From: an uncultured virus (IMG/VR IMGVR_UViG_3300028888_003544)
Taxonomy: Duplodnaviria > Heunggongvirae > Uroviricota > Caudoviricetes
Virus record (IMG/VR): IMGVR_UViG_3300028888_003544
DNA: 64,000 nucleotides
Reading direction: 5' to 3' (one strand)
Part shown: one piece after another, positions 10,985-20,217 of the stretch
Layout: every line of letters starts with the position of its first letter
How positions within the stretch are numbered: the stretch's first letter is position 1
The notes under the pieces: model-generated
Told to the model about the DNA's origin: nothing
Database searches by the model: none
Seen by the model: the letters and a program-made list of their open reading frames with translations, nothing else
Translations under genes and position numbers: made by a program

Positions 10985-12723
10985 TTTGACGAGTTAACTT
11001 TGTCAAGAAGTAATATTTCAAGATCAAACATTGCACGAGTCATTCCGACATACAGTTCAAACTTGTCTATTTCTTCCCGGTTGTTTAACACTAATAGCAC
11101 ATGCTTTGTTTCAAGCCCTTTGTAGGACAAAATTGTAGTTAAACACAACCTGTCTTCTTCATATCTGACATTCTCGGGCTTTAATTCTTTTATAAGTTCA
11201 ATATCAGAAAGACGTTCAAATAGTTGCTTGTTATGGGAGTCCGTCAGAACTACATACTCTGACCATTTCTTTTCCCCACTTCTCAAATCTGTTAGGAGGG
11301 CCTTTATATGCTTTACCAATTCGTTAGTCCCTTGGTAGTGATGTATTTTTATAGCAGGGTCATTACTTCCCTCAATATCTCTTATTATTATGGAAGTCTG
11401 TGTTCCGTCTTCACTTTCCAAGATCTTGTTGGCTTCATCAACGATCTGCTTATTATTAGGAACTCTTTTGTTCTCATTCAAAACGAAATGGGTTCCATAT
11501 CGCGAAATGTCTTCCGCGTAACTATCTAATTCTCGAATGTCTTTTCTATATCCTTGCTCAGTATCAAAGAAAACAAGGTATCTACCTGTTCCAAGACCAT
11601 TACCGTTTATAGATGTAAGTGAATTTAGGACTTCCGCAGCCCCTTTGTCAAAAATGTCTTGCGCTTCATCAATGACAATAAAATCATATGGGATAAAGTC
11701 ATCTGATTCGCGAAGTGTGTCAAACAGTCGCTTCATTTTCTCAATAAGGGATGAAGAACCTTCCTGAAAATCATCGAAGGTGACAAACTTGTGAATTGGG
11801 TCCAGTTTCGATATAAATGAAATAAACTGATATACCTCGCAATTCTCCAGCCCGACCTTTAACAGCTGGTTGCGTACCGTCGCTGCCAGAAGATTATTCC
11901 AGCAAATATAAACGCCCCGTAAGGACTTGTATCTGCGGATAAATGCTTTCGCTATGGTTGTTTTACCAGTACCAGGGCCTCCCTCGATAATAATGCGATT
12001 GTTTTTTTCCAGACTCTTGAATGTATCGAGATTCTGAATGTTCAGCCAGTCAAGAATGCTTTGGTAACTGGTTTCTGTATAGCTGAAATCAGGGCGAATA
12101 TTTGCGACCAGATGATGAATCGCAATATCTACCTCATTTGGCTTCAAATCCTCAGTAAACCAATGTTTTCTCTCTTTGTCAATGCTAAGTACAGATAGAC
12201 AGAACTCAGCAAAAGACTCTGATTGATTCTCCTGTTGGTATGCAGACCATAATTTATATCCCATATCTAACTTGGGAAGATGGTTCGTGTGAGCCATCTT
12301 TGTGTGCGGGAACGCACATACCGTGTCTATAAAGATTTGGCTGCTATTAATAATCTTGTTGTTCAGCAACGCATATTTGTAGTCTTCAGCTTGCTGGAAA
12401 GGCGACCTGTCCATAGTCATCCCGTCTCCTTTGCTAAAGAAGAACTGACCATTTTGGATACCAACGTTACCACCTTTTACTTCAACAACGAGTGCCCCTT
12501 TTTCACATACTAAGAAGAAATCAATTTGAATTTCGGATTGTCTGCTATTACCAATGGGCAAACGCAAATCATGCCAAAAATGCCAGGTAAGATTGCTCTT
12601 TTCACAATCTTTCCATATCCTGCGATACATGTCTATTTCACCATATAATGGTGTTCCATCATTATGTTTGATGATGGTTTCCAAATTGTTCAGGTTTTTA
12701 TAGTCATGACTTATTATTGGCAT
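10981..12723 (-). CDS. NERD nuclease fused to SF1 (UvrD/DUF2075-like) helicase
   Basis: QIDFFLV...VVEVKGG...PFQQA; GGPGTGKT, IDEAQD, SYKGLE, YVGMTRA. Confidence 0.85.
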   Translation of the reverse strand: MPIISHDYKNLNNLETIIKHNDGTPLYGEIDMYRRIWKDCEKSNLTWHFWHDLRLPIGNSRQSEIQIDFFLVCEKGALVVEVKGGNVGIQNGQFFFSKGDGMTMDRSPFQQAEDYKYALLNNKIINSSQIFIDTVCAFPHTKMAHTNHLPKLDMGYKLWSAYQQENQSESFAEFCLSVLSIDKERKHWFTEDLKPNEVDIAIHHLVANIRPDFSYTETSYQSILDWLNIQNLDTFKSLEKNNRIIIEGGPGTGKTTIAKAFIRRYKSLRGVYICWNNLLAATVRNQLLKVGLENCEVYQFISFISKLDPIHKFVTFDDFQEGSSSLIEKMKRLFDTLRESDDFIPYDFIVIDEAQDIFDKGAAEVLNSLTSINGNGLGTGRYLVFFDTEQGYRKDIRELDSYAEDISRYGTHFVLNENKRVPNNKQIVDEANKILESEDGTQTSIIIRDIEGSNDPAIKIHHYQGTNELVKHIKALLTDLRSGEKKWSEYVVLTDSHNKQLFERLSDIELIKELKPENVRYEEDRLCLTTILSYKGLETKHVLLVLNNREEIDKFELYVGMTRAMFDLEILLLDKVNSSN

Positions 12724-12736
12724 ATCTCAATTTTCT

Positions 12737-14149
12737 TTACTCCCAAAGTTTGGGATCTTTTAAGTTAGACATCTTATAGTTAAACATCTCAAGTAGTTCC
12801 TCTCGATGTTCAGGAAACATCTCCAGTGTATCAAGTAGCGTCTGCAAGGTTTTGCAAATTTTTCGCACTTTACCTCGCGAATCTTCTCTATCGTAATATC
12901 CCGTTTCATAATCCCGTTGGAACTCTTCAAATGGCTTTATGGGCTTAAGAACTTCAAAACCTGCGCCTTGTTCCCAGAACGTTTGGTTACGATAAGAATA
13001 TTCCCAGAACGACATCTTCTTGTAGAAGGCCTGCTGATTACACCAGCGGGCGATTTGAATGTACAAGTTTGAAATCGGAGCGTTGTGGTAGTCTTCATGA
13101 CGCATTAGGTAACCTACACAACCGTAGGTCATCAGCACCTTGATGCGCTGGAAGATTTCCCATATATCACGATAGAATTTCTGATAACCTTGCTCTGTTT
13201 GTTTAAATCCGCAGAACAGGTAGAATTTTGTACCCTTCTTGGGATTGTAATGCTTCCAGATCTTTAAGGCTCTTTCTATTAGTGGACGGTCTTTCCAATT
13301 ATCAAAGGCAAAGATAAAGTCACCATGATACTTCGTTTTTGAGAGCATCTCGGCCATTTCCGCACCATGAGGACTTTGTGCCAGCATACGCTCGTCAAGC
13401 CCTTGACGGAACTGAAAAGGTCGTCCCGTGTCTATCAGCTGTTGCAGTCTGGCACGCCAAATGGCAGGGTCGGCTGCAAGGAAGTTATCATCCCACAGAT
13501 AGATATAGGGGCGCACCAATCGACCTTGCTCATCACGTTCTTCATCAAGGAACCATTCAAGGTCGGAATACGGGAAGATTTTGTCTTCTAACTTGTTGAT
13601 GCAGAATGGGCAATGACGGATACAACCACGAGTAAGGAAGCCTATACTATACTGCTGATAGTCCTTATACTTCTCACGCTTTATACCCTCAGCCACCTTG
13701 CGGTCAACAAATGAATCGTAAAGATGGTAGAAAGGCATCTGGCGAGCAAGATCTATACCATTCTTTCGAGGACCACCACGATGATTGGGATATTGGCAAA
13801 GGAACTCGTCTCGTTCTAACTGAGTCATATCGTCATCACGCTTCTGACGGTAGATGTTCACGTTCAGTTCGTTGGCATAGAAGCCCGTGCCACCTCTGCG
13901 GAATTTACGCTTCTGGGCGGGCGTAGCATTCTCATAGAACGCTGGCATCTGGGTGAACGTGAACACGCGGGATATATAGATTAGTTTGTAAGGTGTGATA
14001 TCCTCGTTCTGATCAATAATCAGTTTGAAGTCAATGCCGTTGTCATTTAGGAATCCTGCCAGTTTCATCAAGACAAGATTAGGGTGCCGCGTCCCGTTGC
14101 AAAGCAGGTCGGCATCCACAAGTCCTATCTTGAGTTTCTTTTTTGGCAT
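12737..14149 (-). CDS. Radical SAM protein with an N-terminal B12-binding-like domain
   Basis: TRGCIRHCPFC (CxxxCxxC), WDDNFL, N-terminal IGLVDAD...PNLVLMKL and GGTG. Confidence 0.8.
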   Translation of the reverse strand: MPKKKLKIGLVDADLLCNGTRHPNLVLMKLAGFLNDNGIDFKLIIDQNEDITPYKLIYISRVFTFTQMPAFYENATPAQKRKFRRGGTGFYANELNVNIYRQKRDDDMTQLERDEFLCQYPNHRGGPRKNGIDLARQMPFYHLYDSFVDRKVAEGIKREKYKDYQQYSIGFLTRGCIRHCPFCINKLEDKIFPYSDLEWFLDEERDEQGRLVRPYIYLWDDNFLAADPAIWRARLQQLIDTGRPFQFRQGLDERMLAQSPHGAEMAEMLSKTKYHGDFIFAFDNWKDRPLIERALKIWKHYNPKKGTKFYLFCGFKQTEQGYQKFYRDIWEIFQRIKVLMTYGCVGYLMRHEDYHNAPISNLYIQIARWCNQQAFYKKMSFWEYSYRNQTFWEQGAGFEVLKPIKPFEEFQRDYETGYYDREDSRGKVRKICKTLQTLLDTLEMFPEHREELLEMFNYKMSNLKDPKLWE

Positions 14150-14155
14150 ATTGGG

Positions 14156-14413
14156 TTAGTTCATTACAAGGTCGCCCTTGTGCAGACACACAAGATAATT
14201 ATCGTCAATCAGTACCAGTGCATCCGTTTCAGGGACTGACCACTCCGCAAGCTCACCAAAACCCATATCTTTTGCTTCACAAGCCTGCACTTCTCGCCAA
14301 CCCTTCGTGTTAGCCAATTGCTCCAATGTCTTAGCGGTTTCTTCCTCCACCAAATCCATCAGGCAACTCCACTCTTGATACATTCCACCTACGGGTATTG
14401 TCAGATTCTTCAT
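14156..14413 (-). CDS. Hypothetical protein
   Basis: 85 aa, tightly spaced in the operon. Confidence 0.6.
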   Translation of the reverse strand: MKNLTIPVGGMYQEWSCLMDLVEEETAKTLEQLANTKGWREVQACEAKDMGFGELAEWSVPETDALVLIDDNYLVCLHKGDLVMN

Positions 14414-14418
14414 ATAGT

Positions 14419-14643
14419 TTATTCGTTTTTATCAAGTTCTTCATACCTGACGAGGTCTTTTAGTTCCACGTCAAGTAACCTGGTTATTTTCATCAACATC
14501 TCTAATGGAGGCTGTGATGAGTTAGTACACCACTTAGATACAGTTGTTGGCGAGCATCCCAACTCTTTGGATAGCCAAAGATTGGACTTCTTCTTCTCCA
14601 CCAGTATCACTTTTAAGCGATTGAGGTCTTTGTTAGCAGCCAT
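14419..14643 (-). CDS. XRE-family HTH regulator heading the defence operon
   Basis: NRLKVILVEK...WLSKELG...TVSKWCTNSSQP, typical Bacteroidota RM-linked HTH. Confidence 0.9.
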   Translation of the reverse strand: MAANKDLNRLKVILVEKKKSNLWLSKELGCSPTTVSKWCTNSSQPPLEMLMKITRLLDVELKDLVRYEELDKNE

Positions 14644-14894
14644 AACTTCTATTATATAATCGCCACAAAGTTACGAACTTTATTCTAAAAAAACGACTTA
14701 ACGGCTAAATAATTTGAGAAATTTAATGAAAAAAGTTCATTTTATCGATGTAAACAGGCCAAAACCGTAAAGCCTCGCCATCTTCTCAGACAACGAGGCC
14801 CGTTTGAGGTTCCAAATAGTCGGCCAAAACTTAATGTTACCAACCTCGGCAGGATACGTCTAATTTTGTAACGGTTGAGAACCGTTTTTATTGC

Positions 14895-14934
14895 AAAAAA
14901 GAGGGCTGGCAGCTCTCGTTGTCTGTCAGTCCTC
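14895..14934 (-). terminator. Intrinsic terminator after the HU-like gene
   Basis: GAGGACTGACAG/CTGCCAGCCCTC stem followed by T6 on the minus strand. Confidence 0.6.
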
Positions 14935-15031
14935 AATAGAGATGAATTGCTTACCACTAGATTTGTTGGCTTCAGCCGACTGATGTCGCGACTCGACCAA
15001 ACAAGCAAGCTTGATGGTTCTCACTGCTTCA

Positions 15032-16087
15032 TCAGTTCTGGTCGACGTAGTCCCACTCGTCAGGCTCGGAGTTAATCTCCAGCACCGTGCCCTTGGTCGG
15101 CATCTGGAACGAACCGGTGTAGGTTCCGTCGTTCTCAGTCAGCGGGATGCGGTTGCCGTTGACTTTCGCAATGGGCTCCTTGCCCTCAACTGGCACGACG
15201 CTGATGTTCACGTTAGAGCCGGAATGCACGTTGTCGTTGCTGTTGATCTCCTGCTCGCTGTCATCCGTCACGGTTGACGTACCATTGCCATACTTGTAGA
15301 TGACCAGCCTGTAGTCACCCTCGGTACCGCTTTGCGAACCACTGTTGCCGCTGGAATTGCCACCCGTCGAGCCACCAGTGTTGGTGCCTGAACCGCTGTT
15401 ACTACCTGAGTTAGTAGAACCACCGTTGGTGCTACCACCATTCTGAGTGCCACTACCGCTGTTCTGAGAACCGCCAGTGTTGCTACCGCTCTGCGAAGAG
15501 CCGTTGCCACTGGTTCCACCGTTCTGAGAAGTACTACCTTCCTCGCCAGTGCCCTCGTCTTCGGCCTGTGCAATGCCCCAAGCTGAGAGTGGAGTGCGCA
15601 AGGTGTACGACTTCTCCTTGCCGCCGATAACCTTCTTGATGGTCTCAACAAGGTAGGCGAACTGCAATGAGCACTGGTCCTTGAACTTCTTCGAAGTGAT
15701 CTCCTCACCCTGGGCATTCTCAGGGATAAAGACGAAATTCACACCAGCCACCATGTTGTTGACACCCTTCTGAAGGGCTTCCTCGATAGAGGCAGCACCA
15801 CCTGTAACAGAAGTGACTGTCGGACGGAAAGTGCCAAGGCCATCGAGCTTGACGGGCTGACCCTGTGACATGTACTCTTTCAAGCACTTCACGATACCAG
15901 CCAAAACCATCTGCATCAGCTCGTAGCTCACCAGCGTACCACCGTGGTCACTGACGTGCTTGGCGAAGCCCTTGGTTGACAGCGTTTCCTTACTCTCGGC
16001 CTCTGGGTAATAGCGACCGAACATGTCTGAATCTGGAACTGTGTTCTTACGCAGATTCACCATGAAAGCAATGTTTTCTTTTGCCAT
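15032..16087 (-). CDS. HU-family DNA-binding domain + G/S/N/T linker + C-terminal beta-rich (InlB-B-repeat-like) domain
   Basis: GQPVKLDGLGTFRP HU signature; low-complexity linker; GNGTSTV...GSNVNISVVP...F.MP. Confidence 0.7.
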   Translation of the reverse strand: MAKENIAFMVNLRKNTVPDSDMFGRYYPEAESKETLSTKGFAKHVSDHGGTLVSYELMQMVLAGIVKCLKEYMSQGQPVKLDGLGTFRPTVTSVTGGAASIEEALQKGVNNMVAGVNFVFIPENAQGEEITSKKFKDQCSLQFAYLVETIKKVIGGKEKSYTLRTPLSAWGIAQAEDEGTGEEGSTSQNGGTSGNGSSQSGSNTGGSQNSGSGTQNGGSTNGGSTNSGSNSGSGTNTGGSTGGNSSGNSGSQSGTEGDYRLVIYKYGNGTSTVTDDSEQEINSNDNVHSGSNVNISVVPVEGKEPIAKVNGNRIPLTENDGTYTGSFQMPTKGTVLEINSEPDEWDYVDQN

Positions 16088-16291
16088 GATAAAAACCTTT
16101 TAATTGTTAAACCTGAAAAAATCTTTTTACCTTTACTAAGGTGTTACAAAGGTACGCTTTTTTCGGCAAAGGTGCAAGATTTTGTTCCGTCTCAATCCTC
16201 TTATATCCACTTACTGTAACTTATTGATACTAAGCGCAATTTTTCTAACAAAACATTTGGTAGTTTCAGTAATTTTTAGTAATTTTGCACT

Positions 16292-16492
16292 ATGGAAAAG
16301 GTTATTAAAACATACGGTAGAATGGAGCTGGCGCAGTTGTATTTCCCGGCCATTGCACCCCGCTCTGCCTGGAGGAGAATGAAGGATTTACTTCGTGAGA
16401 GTTCCACCACGGCAGAGCTTGCTGAACAGACTCGCCGGGTCTTCATGCCCGCCGAGGTGTCGCTCATCTTCGACACGTTTGGAGTACCATAA
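16292..16492 (+). CDS. DUF4248-family protein
   Basis: YGRMELAQLYFP...F.PAEV.LIF..FG.P. Confidence 0.8.
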   Translation: MEKVIKTYGRMELAQLYFPAIAPRSAWRRMKDLLRESSTTAELAEQTRRVFMPAEVSLIFDTFGVP

Positions 16493-16536
16493 AATCTTAA
16501 CCGTTCATTCCCTACATCCAAGAGCCTTACTAAACG

Positions 16537-16590
16537 TCCGCCCAAGGGTTTCTGGTAGTCCGCCCCGGCCTCCCTACCCTTCCGCCCAAG
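16537..16590. repeat. Iteron-like TCCGCCC x3 at 22-bp period
   Basis: Copies at 16537, 16559, 16581; copies 1 and 3 extend to TCCGCCCAAG. Confidence 0.55.
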
Positions 16591-16678
16591 CCGGACTCCC
16601 GTAGGAGGTCATCCAAAATATAGACTTAACAGCAAGTTTTCACAATAAATTCAGGAATATGATGTAAATTACCGTTTT

Positions 16679-16694
16679 TGGCACGGCGTTTGCA
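16679..16694 (+). promoter_or_regulatory. Sigma54-type -24/-12 promoter
   Basis: TGGCACG-GCGT-TTGCA matches the consensus; 26 nt before the ATG at 16721. Confidence 0.65.
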
Positions 16695-16720
16695 TATTGA
16701 GAAATAAATGATAGGAGGAT

Positions 16721-18583
16721 ATGTATACAGATAAAACACAAAAAGTCCACGTCTCACTGACAAAGCAGGTAAATGTCCTTAAAACCAAGGACAATAACCA
16801 CGTCATGTTTGATGGTTCTGAGGAAGTTCAAAGCATCTCGAAACTTGAGTTTAAAGAAGTTTCCATCCCACTGGAGCGTGTGCTCGTTGAACTGAGAAAT
16901 GGTCGGTGTATCGGGCAGTTCTATCTTATTGACCCCTATCGCCGCAAGAAAGGTTCGCATCCCTCTCACGACTGGCGAGGCACCAGTTGGATTGGTGTTG
17001 ACATTGATGATAGCATTGTTGACCCAAAGACAATGCACAATGAACTAAGATGGACACCAACTTTCACCATGACCACACAGTCGCACATGAAACCAGGCAA
17101 GAGAAATCGCTATCGACTGTTTTATTTCTTCCGGCTCGACATAGAAAACTATGAGGGTCTTAAAAAGGTTGCAGACCGCATTGCCGGTGATGTGCGTCGT
17201 GTGCTGCTAAAACATGGTGATGATCCCAAAAAGGTCTTCGATGACAAGACCAAAGACAAGTCACGCTTCTATTATGGCAATCCCTATGAATGTCAGGTGG
17301 AAACATCGTGGGCTGTCTATATCCCAAGCGAGATTTATGAGGGCTATACAGAAACGGCATCAGCAAGAACATCCAAGTCTGACAAATCAGGGAAAGGCAA
17401 AAGGAGTGAAAAGGCACTGAATCCAACGAAATGGAAGGAACTCCAGAATTTCTGCCATGACACAAAGAGCTATTGGACCATCATCAGACGCTTTAGTCCC
17501 TACTACCAACTTAGGTTTGAGACTGAGGTGGAACACAAAGATGACGGTTGTTCCTTTACTATTCCTCCTGAGAACTATATGTACCTACAATTCCGTTGGG
17601 AGAAAAATGCATCTGGGAAAGGCAGCAAGATTAAGAAGTGGCACGACGGCGAGCGCCGGAGAGCCATGTTTCCCACCCAACTCAGGCTGTTAGCCTACCT
17701 GAACGGCTGCAAACTGAAAGTCGATGAGTTTGTGTATAATGCCATCTACTTGTTCTATCTTGCATACGCCAATTCGCATACCAACGGTAAGAAATGCTTT
17801 GGTGATGATTTCATCCAACCTTGGTGGGTGATGGAGAAGGCTCGCGAGGTCTATCAGCTGAGCAAACGAGAAATAGACTCCTTTGTCAAAAACGAGATGA
17901 AGAAAGACGGGCCGCAATGCGCTTTCCTTGTTAATCGTACTGAAGCCCAAAAACGAGGGATGACATTGATTCAGCTGTTAGGCGAAGCCCGCAGCCAATA
18001 TGCCAAGTTCCAGTGGAAGAAAAGAATAGAGGTTCTTATTCCCTATATTGACAGTGGGTACACTAACCAGCAGTTGGCAGACAAACTGAAGGAGATAAGA
18101 GGCGAAGAGTTCAAACCAGAAACCATAGGGTCTCATGTGGCACAATATCGTGACTACAGGGTAAAACAGGACGTGAAAAATAGGATGGGAGGTGACAATG
18201 CGCCGAAAATGAATTCAGAAATGCCTGAAGATGAGGATTTTACACGTAAAAATTGCGGTGATTTTGCGGTTTTTTATGAAAATAAAAATATTTCGAGCGT
18301 GCCAGTAACCCCAGTTGCTGTTCCAGCGTGTAGCGCGTCTTTAACCCCCCGTCCATTTATTATGGGGGGTATATTATCTTCAACCCACCAAATTGCAGTA
18401 GCCAATGATGCCAGAATGAAGGATGCAGATCGGAGAAGAAAGCGATTCGGTAAACTGTATCTGCAACATCAGTCGTTGCCCGATAAGGAAAGAAAGGAGA
18501 TTATCAAAAAGGAGATGGGCATTAGTGACCGAACGTATTATTACAACAAGAAAGAGTGCGAGAAGGGACTTGATGTACTTTGA
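16721..18583 (+). CDS. Putative AEP-superfamily primase/replication protein with a C-terminal HTH
   Basis: GVDIDD, TTQSH...RYRL, FD motifs; terminal EMGISDRTYY. Confidence 0.55.
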   Translation: MYTDKTQKVHVSLTKQVNVLKTKDNNHVMFDGSEEVQSISKLEFKEVSIPLERVLVELRNGRCIGQFYLIDPYRRKKGSHPSHDWRGTSWIGVDIDDSIVDPKTMHNELRWTPTFTMTTQSHMKPGKRNRYRLFYFFRLDIENYEGLKKVADRIAGDVRRVLLKHGDDPKKVFDDKTKDKSRFYYGNPYECQVETSWAVYIPSEIYEGYTETASARTSKSDKSGKGKRSEKALNPTKWKELQNFCHDTKSYWTIIRRFSPYYQLRFETEVEHKDDGCSFTIPPENYMYLQFRWEKNASGKGSKIKKWHDGERRRAMFPTQLRLLAYLNGCKLKVDEFVYNAIYLFYLAYANSHTNGKKCFGDDFIQPWWVMEKAREVYQLSKREIDSFVKNEMKKDGPQCAFLVNRTEAQKRGMTLIQLLGEARSQYAKFQWKKRIEVLIPYIDSGYTNQQLADKLKEIRGEEFKPETIGSHVAQYRDYRVKQDVKNRMGGDNAPKMNSEMPEDEDFTRKNCGDFAVFYENKNISSVPVTPVAVPACSASLTPRPFIMGGILSSTHQIAVANDARMKDADRRRKRFGKLYLQHQSLPDKERKEIIKKEMGISDRTYYYNKKECEKGLDVL

Positions 18584-18688
18584 TCATGGGTATTGGAGTG
18601 AATGACGAAAGAGTAGTCTAAGAATAGTCCCACCCTTCTTTGCCAAGAGCAGACGGCAAGGGTGGAGTTTTGATATTGAGAGAGGATT

Positions 18689-18946
18689 TCAGCCGACGAT
18701 GGCCAGACGGTTGTCGGCAATATCGTACCTGACGGGATGGGCAAAGGTGATAGTCTTACCGTCATAGACAGCTGAAACATCGATACCTCTACGTTTGAAC
18801 TCGTCGATGAGGGCCTGGTCGTGATAGGCACGCATACTAGTCCAGCCAGTATTGCCGACCTGATGATTGAAAACGGTTACTAACTCGGGAATCTGCATGT
18901 CTGCAAACTGCAGGGCATACTTCGTGTAATAAATGTGCTGTTGCAT
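18689..18946 (-). CDS. Hypothetical protein
   Basis: 85 aa with its own TATCTTTG promoter at 19070-19077. Confidence 0.65.
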   Translation of the reverse strand: MQQHIYYTKYALQFADMQIPELVTVFNHQVGNTGWTSMRAYHDQALIDEFKRRGIDVSAVYDGKTITFAHPVRYDIADNRLAIVG

Positions 18947-19201
18947 AACTTTTTGTTTTTGAAGTTTATAAATGTTGCTTCCGCATCGTACTGACCACCG
19001 TGGCTAAGTTATCTTATAAGCTCGGTTGGCGAGTCACCCTTTCGGGTACTGCTCTTGATGCTTCGGGTGCAAAGATACACAAAAGTTCTGGAAAATGCTC
19101 CTATTTGATTAAAAAAGTTAAAACAGAAGCAGATTTTACAACTGGCAGTTGTTTTTCTCAATATTTTTTCGTACCTTTGCACCAGATAAAACAGATATAG
19201 T

Positions 19202-19753
19202 ATGACATTCGACAAGATTCTCGATAATAACACCCTATGGGCAGTGCGCTACGATGGCGTGGCGGACAATGCCTTGAAAACGCTCTTCGACCAGTGGAGC
19301 GATCCTGAATGGCTGGTGGATTTCTTCTTGGCCAACATGGCAGACTTAGAATCGTACTTCAAGATTACAGACATCAATCAGGCCATCTATGATACCATCG
19401 ATGACAACCAGCGCATACAGTGCCTGATTCTCGATATATCGCCAGAGGCTGACCTCGACAAGATTTTCCGTCCGTTGGAGAATAGTCGCACGAGTGAGAT
19501 GCTGTTGGGTAAGGAAAAGGCCAGAATCAAAGAACGCCCGCAACATGCTTCATGGCTTCGCATCTATGCTATCAAGTTGGAACCTGGATGCTATATCATA
19601 ACTGGCGGCGCTATCAAGCTGACACGCACCATGCAGGAGCGTGAGCATACGCTGAATGAACTGAACAAGATGGAGCAGGTTCGCAACTATCTGATTAGCA
19701 ATCAAGCTATTGATGCTGACGGATTTGTGGACTTACTGTCAGAACTATCATAA
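19202..19753 (+). CDS. Putative RelE/HigB-like toxin
   Basis: WLRIYAIKL...ITGGAIK; upstream of an HTH gene in higBA order. Confidence 0.5.
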   Translation: MTFDKILDNNTLWAVRYDGVADNALKTLFDQWSDPEWLVDFFLANMADLESYFKITDINQAIYDTIDDNQRIQCLILDISPEADLDKIFRPLENSRTSEMLLGKEKARIKERPQHASWLRIYAIKLEPGCYIITGGAIKLTRTMQEREHTLNELNKMEQVRNYLISNQAIDADGFVDLLSELS

Positions 19754-19768
19754 AGAAAAGGAGGTAAT

Positions 19769-20110
19769 ATGAAAAAGAAGACACTTGAATTCCTCGAAGC
19801 TCACAAGAGCGAAACGCCATCAAAATGGCGCGAGGAAGCGGAATGGAGGCGCGATAATTGGTCGTGGCTGCGGCACTCACAAAAGATTGCCGTGAAGGTG
19901 CTGTTGCAGATGAAGCAGGATGGACTGACACAGAAGGCTCTCGCTGAACGCATGGGCTGCACCCAGCAGTACGTGTCAAAGATTCTAAAGGGTAAAGAGA
20001 ATATGTCGCTTGATACGCTCTCAAAACTGGAGGATGCACTTGGCATCAACCTGATTTACGACGAGCAAGTGGCATATCCAAACATGGTAGCCGAAGAGGT
20101 ATTTGCGTGA
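19769..20110 (+). CDS. XRE HTH protein, putative HigA-like antitoxin
   Basis: LTQKALAERMGCTQQYVSKILKGKEN. Confidence 0.75.
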   Translation: MKKKTLEFLEAHKSETPSKWREEAEWRRDNWSWLRHSQKIAVKVLLQMKQDGLTQKALAERMGCTQQYVSKILKGKENMSLDTLSKLEDALGINLIYDEQVAYPNMVAEEVFA

Positions 20111-20127
20111 ACTTGTACATGCAGCAC

Positions 20128-20165
20128 AAAAAGAGGATGACAAGGCTTTTGCACCCCGTCATCCT
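20128..20165 (-). terminator. Intrinsic terminator of the rtcB operon
   Basis: AGGATGAC/GTCATCCT stem with a T-run on the minus strand. Confidence 0.6.
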
Positions 20166-20217
20166 TCTCATTATTGAAAGCTTGTAAAGGAATTACATTG
20201 CTTGTTGCCTGGGGACT

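Noticed and set aside
14960..15050. Hammerhead-like ribozyme (CTGATG...CATCAG)
   Set aside because: Core CUGAUGA/GAAA is incomplete
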